NCBI GenBank assembly: GCA_044892505.1
Contig: CM097882.1
Span: 555,706,001 to 555,754,471 of the forward strand
Direction: 5' to 3'
Length of the DNA: 48,471 nt
Source of the DNA: Schmidtea nova
Lineage: Eukaryota
The notes under the pieces were generated by a model. That model did not search any database. It was not told the DNA's origin and worked only from the letters and a program-made list of their open reading frames with translations. Each line of letters begins with the position of its first letter. The stretch's first letter is position 1. The position numbers were made by a program, and so were the translations under genes. This document shows, one piece after another, positions 25,658-39,145 of the stretch.

Positions 25658-26499
25658 TATAAGTTATATAATATTTTAAAATTATTTTAAATATAAATAA
25701 ATATATAAATGACGAAGGCACTACACTAATATTTTAATTATAATTTGTAAAACATATACAGTATTAAGTAAATAAAATTATTATTCTGAGAAATGAACTT
25801 CATTGAATTAATAGTTTATAACTAATAATGTAGATCAATAAAATTAAATATTATATTGTTATTTTAAAAAATCTTTTTTTTAAAACATTCACCATTTGAA
25901 ATAAAACGAAATTCTTATTTGTGCTAACTAATTACCATCTATATTAAAAAATGGAGACGATAAATATAGAAAATAGAGAGTTGGGATTGTAACAAGTTGT
26001 GTGTTTTACGCACAAAACATATTCAAAACATCCTCTTCAATTTCGACTTCATATATCTGCAGAAAACATAGAATATAAGACTTTTTCAGAAAATTCCATA
26101 AAGTATTTGACTGCAGTAATTTATCGACATTATTAGGAATATCTAAGAAATATGTATTTTATTAAACTACAGTTTAAACAAATATTAATATAAATTATAT
26201 ATTAATATATAATCACGAATTTAATTAATAATAATATATATTTCTATATAAGAGTATATTTTACGTTCAATACATTCATTTGCTTATGTCGAGACTAGAC
26301 AAATAATTATCCATAATAACGAAATTTTATTGAATAAAAATATATCAGTGCTGGGATTTTCTTGTCCTGCTTGAACTCCACCTTGATTTGCATTTTTTTG
26401 TTTGATTCGAAATTGTGCAGTGCTTTTTGGTTATTAAAACCACTCTAATATTATTTTATATAAGCAGAGTCTGTCTCTATAAGCTCTGATGGCATGCGT

Positions 26500-27583
26500 G
26501 TGTTAGAACCGAATAGATTCATAAAACAATATTCCACAAAAATTCTGTAAAGAAAATCATATGAAGAAAAATACTATAAAAGCCAAAAATATGTGAATTT
26601 GATGCCGGGATGATGCAGATTGTGGACAGCGAGAAACGCTTCTTTGCGGAGTGCTTCGTACAGTATAGGGCGCAGAGTGTAGTTGTAAGATATGTCGTAT
26701 TGTACGCCGTCGATGACTTTGTGGGAGTTTTTGAATTTGGAGATGTCAGTCTCGGATGGGAGTCTGGAAAAGAAGATATCCAATGAAAAGATGGGGGAAA
26801 AAGAATATTGAATTTATGACTGCGCACAAAAAACAGTCTGCGATTATGTTATCTCCTCCCACGATGTGCTTGATCTCGAAGTCGAAAGAAGATAACAATG
26901 CTAGTTGACGAAACACTCTTTTTGATGGATCCATCATAGTAAGACTGTGTAGAAGTGGTTTGTCGTCGGTGAAAACGGTGACGTGTCTGCCTTCAAGGAA
27001 GTGCCTGAAATGTTTAATGGAAAGCACTATTGCCAGCATCTCTCTGTCTCTGTCTCTGTATTTCATTTCTGTTCGCAAGAATTTCCGGGGGGAAAAATTC
27101 AATAGGACGATGAATGCCATCTCTGATTTGGTGAAGAATGGAACCTGCTTCCATGTCTGAGGCGTCGGTGGTGAGGGTAAATGGAAGGTCATTGTGCGGG
27201 TAATATAGCGTTGCAATGGTGGTCAAAGCTCTTTTAACAGCAGTGAAAGCCAAGCATGCACTCTCGCACCATTGATGATAGCCTTCTTTGGACTATGATT
27301 GATATTGGATAGCGGTGCCGCTAAGTGAGATGAGTTTGGAATAAATCTTAGGCAGAAGTTTACTGTTCCGAGAAAGCTGCCGAGTTCTGTGACTGTGTTC
27401 GGCTTTGGGAATGAACAGATGATGTCTAATCTTTAAAGGAATGGTCCGCATCCGTCGGCTGTTAATATATGGCTTAGAAAGCGGACGCGTCACTCAAAAA
27501 ACTAGCACTTATCGGGGCTGATCTGGAGGTTGTTCTTGTTCAGAATATCCAATAATTGTAGTAGGTCCTTTGCATGTGAGAAG
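26500..27583 (-). mobile_element. Ty3/gypsy pol remnant (RT C-terminus, RNase H, integrase start)
   Basis: LQISPDKC, FTLTTDASD, REMLAIVLSIKHFRHFLEGRHVTVFTDDKPL, HIVGGDNIIAD, HNLHHPGIK. No LTR seen. Confidence 0.88.
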
Positions 27584-27592
27584 TTTACCTAC

Positions 27593-30500
27593 TTTTTTTT
27601 TTTTTTTTTACCTACTTTTATAATTTAAGTAAATAGAAAAATTTAAACAAAACTTAATTATAGTTTAAAATTTGTTTAATTATCATTATTTACATTTATT
27701 TACACAAAGTTTGGTAAGAAGCCATTGGTATGAAAGTACCAAATTTTAGCTGAGTATGCAATATTACTTATTGCCTAATCTTTCATAAGAATCCTAACTC
27801 TTTTCTCCGGGACCCCATATTTAATAATAAATCTGTTGTTTTAGGTTCAAATGATCCCAAAGAGCCAATTATACAAGTAAACAATTTAACCTTAAAGTCT
27901 GGTTTAACTGCTTGTATCTCAGAACTCAGCTTCTCGTATTTTTCCAAGTTCAGTTTGTCAATCATCTCAAAGTTTGTAACCGAATCGATTGGACATTTCA
28001 TGTCTACTAAAGGTATTGTTTCTTTCAGTATTTATTATTAAAAACTCAACGCGTTCAGTCGAATTCGGTACAAGGGAACATTTATGATCGACGACAACAA
28101 GTATATTTGGATTTTTTAATTCATCTTTGATTTTATCTATACAAGCATTGTATCTATTTGTAGCTAAAGATTGATTTATTTTACATTTTCGTAGAACGTG
28201 AAGTATCGTTTCATCCTCAGATATACACTTTCGACACAGACGATTCTCGCTAGTTTTATGTGGTTTGGCAAATGTCAACAGTGATTTTGTTCGTGAACGA
28301 TGAACAAATTTCAAATCGAATTCTGTCAAATCGGATCGGAAAATAAGTTTATTTACAAGAGGACAGAGTTTAATCACAGACTCGAGAAGATTACTCATTT
28401 CCCATTTTTCGAGATAAGAAACTTGTATTGCAGAATGCATTATTTTTGACAACGCCTTTCTTAAAGTTGGTAATAAAATGCATGTGCCAGTTGATGTTGT
28501 AGTGATATGAATTGAAGGATTTTCTTTGACAGTTTCAAATAATAGTTTAATATTGTGAACTCTGGCAAAGTAGGCTATAAATGTTCGTAATCGGTAAAAG
28601 CGAGTTTTACTACAGCTGTGATTTTGTTTACTCTCTTTTCCCTTAACCCATTCTAACCTTTGCCGAAGAGTTGAATTTTTAATTCCGAGTCTTGGACTTG
28701 TTACAGGCAAGAGTGAAAAGGTATTTATCTTTTTTGAGTATTCACAAGGTTATGTTAGCAAACGATAAAAGTAGACAATCGTATGTGTGTGGTACTCGTC
28801 AAGCAAATCTATGCAACCAGCTCCACCAGGTTCAGTTGCGTTATAAAAATAACTAATCTCGGAATGGTTCGGTAAGTTTAATATCTTTCTTAGATAGCTT
28901 CTCAGCAGACTAGTATTATTAACATTTATTCTAGAATTTCTAGTAGGGTCAGCTAAGGAACTGGTTTTTGTTTCCTTAGTTTTAAATGGGAAAATTAGTC
29001 GAGAATGCAAAAACATTTTATAAACCTTAAGTTTTTGTCAGTCAAATAGATCAGAATTTGCAATCTTTTTAGTGTTTTCAATGAGTTTGCTGACAATATC
29101 GTAAGGACTTTGATCATTATTCTCACTTATTGGTGCAGCCAAGTATTGTTAAAATTCATTTGTCGTAATCTTTTTTATGCTTTCTTTGTTGACAGCAATT
29201 TACTTACAGTTTCAACCTTTGGATATTGAATATATGCGCATTTCTCAGGACGATATTCAAATCCGATTTCATTAGCAGTACTGATAGCAACGTCTACCAA
29301 TGTCTCTAAATCAAGTGTATTCGTCGCGATAAGAGCTATATCATCTGCATAAGCTAACACTTGTACAGGAGAAGTCCCTATCATAAATGGAGTAACGTTC
29401 GACAAGTTAATAGCTTCAAGGACTGATTTGATAGCTATTGAAAAGAGTATCATTGAAATTGGACAACCTTGCTTGACACCTTTCTTTATCGGAATGTCTG
29501 GTGCCTGCATTTTATTACAGAAATAAAATGAGCTTGTGTCCGAGTAAAATAATTTTAAGATCTTTATAAAGTTTTCACCAACGTTCATATGTCTTAAAAG
29601 TGTCCACATGTAGTCGTATGAAACACTACCGAAAGCGTCTATTACGTCGAGCCAAGCTATAGTCACAGGTGAGAATTTACTATATTTCGAGTGTTCAACA
29701 ATCGCAGAAAGAATTAAATTGTGTTCAATACATCCCTCGTATTCCGAACCACCCAATTGACCAACGTGTAACAGAGAGTTATTTCTGATCCATACACTAA
29801 GACGGTTTGCAAGGACTGAAGTAAAGACTTTGTAAATAACAGACAATAACGCTATTGGTCGCCAAGATGACACTTTATGGTTTTGACCATTTTTATCTGG
29901 TTTCGGAATTAATATTGTTTTAAAACACTTCCAACTTGTGGGAATTATTTGAAGTTGAATGATTCTATTAAATAAAAAAGCCAAAAGTATACAGTCTGGA
30001 TCAAATAATATAAGGTCTTTCTAACAAACTTTATTAAGCCCTGGTGATGTGTTGTCAGCTTTCTCAAGACTAGTATGAATTTCTCTAGGTGTAATTGGAT
30101 TTGAAACAAGAATCGCATTATATGTTTTGGTGAATTTTAAAATGCTTTCCCAACTAGCAGGAAATGCATCTGGATGACTGAAATTAGAAATAATTTCTTG
30201 AAAAGATGAAGCAACTGATTCTATATTATCACTCAATATCCTATAAACAGTTTGCTTCATATTAGTTAAAAACTCAGAAGAGATTTTCATTTTCTTAGTT
30301 TTTAATGGTTTATTACGTAGATATGGGCTTCGAGAGTGATTTGCGTTAAGATTTTCAAGACGAGGAATGTTTGAAAGAATACAAGAGATTATTTCATGAA
30401 CTCTCGAATTTTCAAGTGTATCTAAAAGTCGGTTGATCTTTTCTAATCGTTGTTTTAAGTTCAATTTTAACGAATTTACAAGTTTTAACTTTTGACGTCT

Positions 30501-30640
30501 TTCTTCCATCACATTGTCATTTTTTCGACTATTGGCACAAGAGCATTTATCAGATTGGCAATTTCGTGAAGGTTGATGTTTTTCAAAGGTGTTTTTCGAT
30601 TCTCTAGTTAAAGGTTCTTGAATTTAGAAAATTACTTTTA
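27593..30640 (-). mobile_element. 5'-truncated non-LTR retrotransposon with RT, CCHC and restriction-like endonuclease (NeSL/R2/Utopia-type)
   Basis: RT motifs WRPIALL, GVKQGCPISMILF, LAYADD; CRKC..ETILHVLRKC; REL motifs D.KCP, KYEKL, IIGSLG, KIW.FH; stop at 27700-27702; A17 tail at 27593-27609. Frameshifted; exact clade not determinable by eye. Confidence 0.9.
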
Positions 30641-31372
30641 CCTCGACAAAATAAAACAATGCTTAGTAAAAGTATGCCATTTTTAATTAAATTACAATAT
30701 TTCCACAAATATCATAGAATTTTGATTTTTTGGATTTTTAATAATTTTAATAATGATGATAATGACCTTGGAAAGTATATCAATCCAATTTGTTGAATTT
30801 GATTTTGAGTAGAGCAAATACTAATATGTAAATTATTGAATTAAAAATATAATATTATTGTTTTAATAAATATCATATTTAATATCTTTATCATGTTCTG
30901 GCTCTGATTTTGGCATAGAATGTCTTTTGACAAATATATATTTTAAACATCAGTTTTACATTACTTATGCACTACATAATATTTTTAAAAGAATTGAAGA
31001 TTATCTTTGTTAATTTTTGATTCTTATTAAAATATTAATTTATCTATAAAAACTAATTTAAAAATCAACAAGTAAAACTTCAAATAAAATTATTATATAT
31101 TTCAACAGAAAAATAATAAACAAAAATAAATTAGTTTTCTGCCTCAGTAATAAGATTAAAAGATTTCTATTGAAGATTTTCTGTAAATATTTTATTAATA
31201 TTAATACAAATGCAAATATATTTGTTTAAATCATAATAAAAGCTCACAAATAGAATAGAATCATTTAGATCGTCCTGAATCAACTAGTTTATGCCAGCAA
31301 AAGCAAAGCTGTTTTTGTCGGAATTGTGAAAAGTTAACTTGATAAGTTAAAGTTAAAGTTAAAGATAAAGGT

Positions 31373-31377
<5 letters not shown>

Positions 31378-31407
<30 letters not shown>
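31378..31407. repeat. (TA)15 microsatellite preceded by short gttaaa repeats
   Basis: Read directly from the sequence. Confidence 0.95.
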
Positions 31408-31412
<5 letters not shown>

Positions 31413-32223
31413 TAAATTACCGCCATCGAATGTGATTACAAGCTTTAACTGTATTTATTTATAATGATATGAGTTGCTCATACGTCTAGTTTGTAAGATG
31501 TCAAATGTATTCACGTATATACATTTGGTGATAGCAGTTCAAAAGTTGTGATCTCGGATGTGACCTGGTGACGTAGTGGTCAGATTCTGCTTGGGTCTGG
31601 TCATAAAGTCACAGGGTTATATTCTCGTAAGGGTCGAGCTTCATACATGGTACTGTAGAGAGTCAAATAACCTCGAATAAACAATTATTTATTTGATAAT
31701 AAACGAATGAAAAAATTATATAGAAGGGGTGCAATAAATTTAATTAGTAGCAGAAAAATAACAAAAAAAAGTTTAGGGTAATTTTCCAAAAAAAACGATT
31801 GAATAGAAACATTTTGTTATTGCAGAAATTTAATTGAAATAAGAGCAGAATTATAATATCTAGCAACAAATTTAATGATAACTTACTTGTTATGGGCAAA
31901 TGCGTTGTTTTTTAATAAATAAATTGTTAAGTTATCAAGATAAACAAAACTACGGGTCAAATGAAACATAACAATTTAGTAAAACCCATTTGAATTCAAA
32001 TAAATATTTGCTTAATAAAATAAATAATAAAGCATAATAAAATAAATATTTCCATTATACAACATATTTAAACAAATATCAGCCAGCTATTAATTCAAAA
32101 TATTTGGAAATTTAGCGATAATCTGAAAATTTAAAAAAATATTTATTGTCCATTTTCTGTTTTATCAACAAAAATTTATTGAGCATTTAATTATCAATTT
32201 CAAACAAAACCGAAATGAATTAC

Positions 32224-32375
32224 CCCAAAACGACAATAATTCCATCGAACAAATTGAAACCATTTTTGATGTATCCAAGAATGCCTTCGCCTATCAGCTT
32301 TAGAATCATTTCGATAAGAAATAAGATACTAAAAACAATATTGCTGAACTCCAATGTTTGCGTTAGTTGAACTGG
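32224..32375 (-). CDS. Cav3: T-type Ca channel exon, domain II S2-S3
   Basis: Missed by the ORF track. tttag|[50 protein letters not shown](G)|gtaatt; 152 nt, phase 0 to 2; matches SNxxF..EM.LK and N.FDG.IV motifs. Confidence 0.95.
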
Positions 32376-32394
32376 CTAAATGTAATTTGAAATT

Positions 32395-32824
32395 NNNNNN
32401 NNNNNNNNNNNNNNNNNNNNNNNNNNNNNNNNNNNNNNNNNNNNNNNNNNNNNNNNNNNNNNNNNNNNNNNNNNNNNNNNNNNNNNNNNNNNNNNNNNNN
32501 NNNNNNNNNNNNNNNNNNNNNNNNNNNNNNNNNNNNNNNNNNNNNNNNNNNNNNNNNNNNNNNNNNNNNNNNNNNNNNNNNNNNNNNNNNNNNNNNNNNN
32601 NNNNNNNNNNNNNNNNNNNNNNNNNNNNNNNNNNNNNNNNNNNNNNNNNNNNNNNNNNNNNNNNNNNNNNNNNNNNNNNNNNNNNNNNNNNNNNNNNNNN
32701 NNNNNNNNNNNNNNNNNNNNNNNNNNNNNNNNNNNNNNNNNNNNNNNNNNNNNNNNNNNNNNNNNNNNNNNNNNNNNNNNNNNNNNNNNNNNNNNNNNNN
32801 NNNNNNNNNNNNNNNNNNNNNNNN
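32395..32824. other. Assembly gap (N)
   Basis: Run of N, 19 nt upstream of the IIS2 exon. Confidence 1.
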
Positions 32825-33483
32825 TTACTAAATAAATCCATAAAATTTATTTCAACACAATAATTAGAAAACTTAACTTGTTTTAATTTGTTATGATATT
32901 CAAACAAATTTGCAATCTTCATTTTTTATTAAGATTTTTCAATTTGAAATATTTTTCAACTTTAACTTTTAAAATTTAAAATCTTTTCTAAATTTTTAAT
33001 TTCACATTTTCAATATTTTGTAACCAATAGCTTTAAAATTTTTTAGAATCTTCCAGCTTTTATCATATCCCCATTCTTTAGAAATTTTTAAGTTTTTCAA
33101 CGTTTCTTTCGATTTTTTTATCATTCTCGTTTCTTAAGATATATAGTCTGTCATGCACTTTCATGCACATATGATCGTTGTACATTTATATATTTTTATT
33201 GTGAGTTGTTAAAGACAATACATAAACATACAAACGACACAGAACATAAAGTGAAATATGTACAGAACACGGTTTTTTTGTAAACGTTGTAACCTCCGGT
33301 TTTAAAGGGGTAAGTTATGTTAATACTATATATTTTTTATTCTTGTTATTGTCACTGTAATTATTATGGTGGCATCCTTTCGGACACAGGATAACCCCCT
33401 CCCTTTTTATTGTTTTTGTTATTTTTATGATTTTGGTTGATTGGCAAATTTGCCATGAAATTTAAATAAATAATAATATAAAA

Positions 33484-36061
33484 CAGCGGTTCTTAAACTG
33501 TGGTCCGCGGATCCCTGGGGTCCGCCGGCTGCTGGCAGAGGATCCGCGAGCATATGACTCACATTTATATTTAAAAATACGGAAATTTTTTCAAGTTTTT
33601 GGTTTTATTTTTTCTAAATTCTAATAGATTTGCAAATTGGCATAAATCAAATCGAAATCAAATCGTTGATTTTCCATTTAAATTTGAAAAAAAAATAGTA
33701 ATAGTAACCACGGAAATAAATTCTTTAAAAAGAACAGCCATCTGCGTTAAAAACTAGTTATTCTTTAAATTGATTTTTCTTTAAGTTAATTTTCCAGTGA
33801 AATCAGTATACCAACTATAATAAAAGTGACGACAAGTAATTGTTTTAAATAAAGGGTAAGAAATTTATAAATATAATCACTTTTATTAGTTATTCGGTAC
33901 TATAATTATAATTTTATGTTTTCCTAGTAATTATGGATCAATGGTTGAAATTCGGTAAGTTACCAAAACGCAAAAACGACCAACGAGACGATTCTGATTC
34001 TGATGAACATGATATCCCATCACGTTCCAAGGCGAAGAAGACACTGATGTGCAAAACACGAAAATATTCTGCCGAATACTTATCATTGGGATTTACATTT
34101 ACATTAATTGAAAATGTGGAGCAACCTCTTTGTGTTATTTGTCACTGCCATTTGTCAAACGAATCGATGAAACCAGCAAAACTTCGCCGACATTTAGAAT
34201 CGAAACATAAGGATTATGTAAACAAACCGGTTGAATATTTTAAAATGAAATTACATGAACTACAAGCAAGCCAAAAATTGATTAAAAAAACCGTCACAGG
34301 AAGTAATAATGAACAAGCGGTACATGCATCATTTCAAGTGTCTCTCCTAGTAGCCAAATCTGGAAAACCCCACACTATCGCTGAAAATTTAATTCTTCCA
34401 GCTGCTAAAGCAATAGTCTCAACAATGATAGGAAGCAAAGCTGCCCAAGACCTTAACTTAATCTCGCTCTCAAACGACACAGTTAAAAATAGAATCAGTG
34501 AGATGTCTCAAAATATTAAGGACCAATTGATTGAACGTGTTTTGAAGAGTCAATTTTACTCATTGCAACTGGATGAAACTACAGATATTGCGAGCAACCC
34601 AAATTTTCTCTCATTCATTCGATATGAATTTAGCGGTAAGATTTATGAAGATTTTTTGTTTTGCAAGTTGCTTCTAACACGGACAACTGGTGCTGAAATA
34701 TTTCGTTGCTTGAACAACTTTATAACAAACAATAAAATGGAGTGGTCAAAATGTATTGGAATGAGCACGGACGGTGCTCGACCTATGAGTGGAACAATTA
34801 GGGTCTTAAGAATTTTGTTAAAACTGTAGCGCCCAATGTAGTTTGGACACATTGTTGCATACATCGCGAAGCACTTGCCGCAAAGAAAATGCCAGATATT
34901 TTAAAAACTACTTTAAATAAAATTGTATCTGTGGTAAATTTTATTAAAGCGCGTCCATTAAATTCTCGTCTTTTTCAAGTTTTATGCGAAGAAATGGGGA
35001 GTCAGCATAAACATCTTCTTCTTCATGCAGAAGTACGTTGGTTGTCTCGTGGAAAGGTATTAAATAGAATTTTTGAACTGCGAGATGAAGTACGATTATT
35101 TTTGATGGAGAATGATAATTTCTATTTAAAAGATCGTTTTTTTGACTTTTCCTGGCTAGCTAAGGTGGGTTATTTGGCTGATATTCATTCTTACCTAAAT
35201 GAATTAAATTTAAGTTTACAAGGTACTTCAATAAATATTTTTAAAGTAGAAGATAAAATAAAAGCAATAATGAAGAAAATGGATTTGTGAATAAGCAGAT
35301 TAACAAAAGGAATTATTGAATCCTTTCCAACACTTCATGAATTTGTAGAAAGTTCTGATAACAAACTGTCTGTCGAAGAAATTCAGATTTTAATTGAACA
35401 TATAAAAATGTTAAAAGAATCTTTTAGAAATTATTTTCCTTCTACCACATCAGACCATGAATGGGTTCGAGATCCATTTTGTTGCAAAAATATCGAAGTC
35501 CAAAATTTGACAATTTCAGAGCAAAATGAACTTGCAGAATTATCATGCGACAGCTCCTACAGGTTGGTTTTTAATGAACATACTGTTGAAGAGTTTTGGT
35601 TGAAAGTTAAAAATGTATATCCAACATTAGCTGAAAAAGCAATTAAATATTTACTTCCATTTTGTACAACGTATTTATGTGAAAGAGCTTTCTCGATGCT
35701 ATTATACATGAAGAATAAATATCGAAATCGGTTGGATGTTGAACCAGAATTAAGGATAAACATATCAAATATAGATCCTAATATTGCAATTCTAGTGTCA
35801 CAAAAGCAACACCATCCTTCACATGGTAAAAATTAAATATACATAATTTTATATGTTATATCCAAATATTTTATTACTTTTTTTATTTGTTATTTATATA
35901 TTGTGTTGTATCTCAGTGAATTATAAAAATACAGTAAATAAATTTTAATTTTTCTTATAAACACTGTCTTAATTGGTTTATTGATGAATGAACTTTGGAG
36001 TCCGCCAAGATATTTTTTGTCTCAAAGGGGTCCCGATGTTCAATAAGTTTAAGAACTGCTG
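33484..36061 (+). mobile_element. Full-length hAT Buster/Charlie-type transposon (ZBED5/SCAND3-like transposase)
   Basis: TIRs cagcggttcttaaact / agtttaagaactgctg; perfect 8-bp TSD atataaaa (33476-33483, 36062-36069); 2578 bp. Confidence 0.96.
33933..35836 (+). pseudogene. Buster-type hAT transposase with one frameshift and one nonsense codon
   Basis: BED finger (CVICH..MKPAKLRRHL), SLQLDETTD, TDGA, THCCIHRE, EVRWLSRG, LCERAFS. Frameshift near 34795-34801; TGA at 35288-35290 where W is expected. Confidence 0.92.
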
Positions 36062-36289
36062 ATATAAAATATTTAATTCAAAAATCAATTAATATAGTAA
36101 TTAAATTACTATAGGAATTTGAACAAACAAATTGATTAATTAAGAAAAAGAATTTGAAAATAGAAATCAAATTAAAAAAGGTAACTATCGAAGTTAACTA
36201 TAGACTTTAATATTTCTGAGTTTTATGTTTTCTGTGGTACTTACGTGAGTAATTGTTAGTTTTATATTTTAAATACGCAAAAATAAAAT

Positions 36290-39145
36290 TTATTATTGAA
36301 TTAGTTTATTTTGTTAACACTCTCATTATATACACACGCACTCAAGCAGACAAATACACAACCTTCACGCTAAAAGTCCCGACACCCTTTTAACAGGAGA
36401 CTCTGTGGGGCTCTTCAATCTTCCACAACAACATCCTCTTACATAATCAACATACACAACCACTCTTAACATTACAAACTCCTTTCTCAGATCCGGAAAA
36501 CATAAGATCGGTGCCGTCGTAAATGCTTCCTTCAATCCCTCGAACACGCTTTTCGTTTCATCCGCCCAGTTCAATTTTTTGTTGCTCGGGCCACTACATA
36601 ATTGTACTAACATCCTGGTCTCTTTTGCATACTCGCTGATGAATCTTCTGCAATAATTGCAAATGTCTTAAAAGCTTTGGAGTTTCTTTACGCAACTTGG
36701 CTTCCCAAAATGTTATATGGTCTCAATCTTAGAAGGATGTGTCTGTACTCTTTCTTGGCTGATCATGTGTCCAAGGAATCTGATTTATTTTTGTAATATT
36801 TGACACTTTTCTGGGTTAATCTTAAGTCCTGCTTCTTCCATCGCCTTTTACACTTCCCCGAATATTACATAATGTTTTTCTTTACTGCTCGAATTAATCG
36901 AGATGTCTTCCAAATACACCATTGCCCCTTTTAAATTTTTGATTACCTTTGTCATCATTTCCTGGAACGTTCCTGATGCTACTACAATTCCGAACGGCAT
37001 TCAATTGAAACAGTATTTGTTGAGAAGGCTGTTTTCTCCTGAGATTTTCTGTCTAATTCAACTTGGTAATATGTATTACCTAGGTCAATTGAGCTGAAAA
37101 AGACGGCTCCTTCTAACAAATCCAACATCTCGGCATTGAAAATGCCTGCCTCTTTGTTACCGCGTTTAGCCGCCTGAAATCCAAGCATAATCTTAAATAC
37201 TTTTTCTCTTTTTTTCATACACATATTAACGGCGTATTCCTTGGAGAGTTGCATTTCCGTATAATCCCGTTTTTGTACAAATTCTGTATTGCTTCTTCAA
37301 TCTTTATTTCCAAATTTAATGGTTAACTATATGGTTTTATATTAATCGGTTCACCTCTTGTAACTATCTTATGTGTTACCAAATGCGTGTGACCAACATT
37401 CCATTTATCCGCCATGAACACGTTTCCACTGTTCGTTATAATTTACTTTAGTTTGTTATCTTCATTATTCTTTAAATGTTCCAAGGCTCGTGTAAACCGT
37501 TCTCCTTCTTTTATTTGTATGCCAAATTTTGCTTCCATGTTACAAATATAGTTCTGGTCCTTTCCACTAGCTTCGATATTTTTCCTTTTAGACAGCCTAT
37601 ATATAAATGCTTCTTGTAATTCCACTCTTCCAATCAAATCTGGTGTCACTTTCTCCGCCACAATGAATATAACTTCTTTAGAAATATCTCCAATAGTTAC
37701 TTGAACCTTTGTTCTTCCTATTTTCTCTATCGTACTCTATTTTGCGCATCGTACTTTATCGTCACTCCTCATCAATTGTTGTCCTTTTAACTTGTTAAAA
37801 CAGTTCACACTCATTTTCTTGATTCGTGCCCCGGTATCTAATAAACAGTCAAAAGTTTCCCCATGCATTATTACTGTCACACTAGGTCTTCCTTGTAGCT
37901 TGTTATACACAATTTCTACAGCCTGTCCCATTTCAATCGTTCCAATTCTTTCCACTTCCTCTTCAAACCTTTCTCTTCTTAAAACCCTGTATACTTTCTT
38001 ACTTACTCTTCTTACATTTCCCCAATTTTCTGCCATTTGAGAATATCCCATCAATTGTTCTGTCAGTATATGGCTCCAACCAACTCCCTTACTAATGGAG
38101 CCCTGTTGTTTGCGTACTGCTTACTAAATTTATCTTCATTTGTCTCTAAACATGATTCCCTTTCCTTTTCTTTCTCGATTACATTTATCCGATTCCTGTC
38201 GGTCCTTGTTTTTCTATCGTTTTCCTGTAGCCAATCTTTGTATAACATTCTTCGGATCTATGACCATTTCTGTTGCATCTTTTACACCGTATTTTCTGAC
38301 ATAACCTTCTTATAAGACCTTCTTTCCCACATCCAAAACATCTTTGTGCTTTTTTATCTGGACAATTTCTACTTATATGTTCGTTTCTGTGACATGTCCA
38401 GTACTCTACCTTTCCTTTTATTGAACATTGTATTTTTGTATGACCAATTTTTGGGCAAAACTAACATTCTAATCTTTTCCTTCTACTGCTTTCTTCTCTT
38501 TGTTCTTTCTGCTTGAACTGCCTTTGTGGCTCCTGATAGACCGCTCTTGCGTAACTTTTCCTAACGTTTATCTGATCTCTTTGTTTCTTCACTTTATCCA
38601 TAAAAATAAGTGTTTCCTTTATTTATTCTGTGCTTTTCATCTTTTGTAGTATTACTTCTTTCTCAACTTCTTTATTCTCCGCACATACTATCAACATCTT
38701 TGCTGTTGCTTTCTCTTTGGTGAATTCTTTATTCTCAAATAACCTGTTCACAAGGGTCTCCTCCTTTCTAAAGTACGTTTCGATCTCTTCGCCTTTTTGC
38801 TTATAATTAAATAAAATTTCTAAATCCTTTATTGCATCTCTTTCGTAATCAGATGTCATTCGTAACCTGTCTTGAAATCCTTTTGCTTTTTAAGTGCCTT
38901 TGCATAGGATTCCAGTAGATCCTCGTCAATCAGGTATGCTGTTAATCTTTCTTACTCTTTCTTATACGTGATGTCCTTAGCATCAAAATAGATTTCGTAT
39001 CTTTTGATAAACTTCTCCAAGTCATCACCTTGGCAAAGCATCTTTTGTAGTAGTCTTTCGTTGATTGGGTCCGTATTTACAGCTGCCACTATATTAGGAT
39101 TTTCATCCTTTGAAAATTGGCAATTATTTGAGTCGCCAAATAAGT
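36290..39145 (-). mobile_element. Decayed, internally deleted Ty3/gypsy element (gag, protease, RT; RNase H and integrase mostly lost)
   Basis: PBS-like tggcgactc at 39138-39130; CLLDTGA protease; IDLGNTYYQV and MPFG-type RT motifs; TTAPILCFPD. Purine run aagagga then TG marks a putative 3' LTR start at 36433. LTR far end undefined; 5' LTR probably in the gap. Confidence 0.88.
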
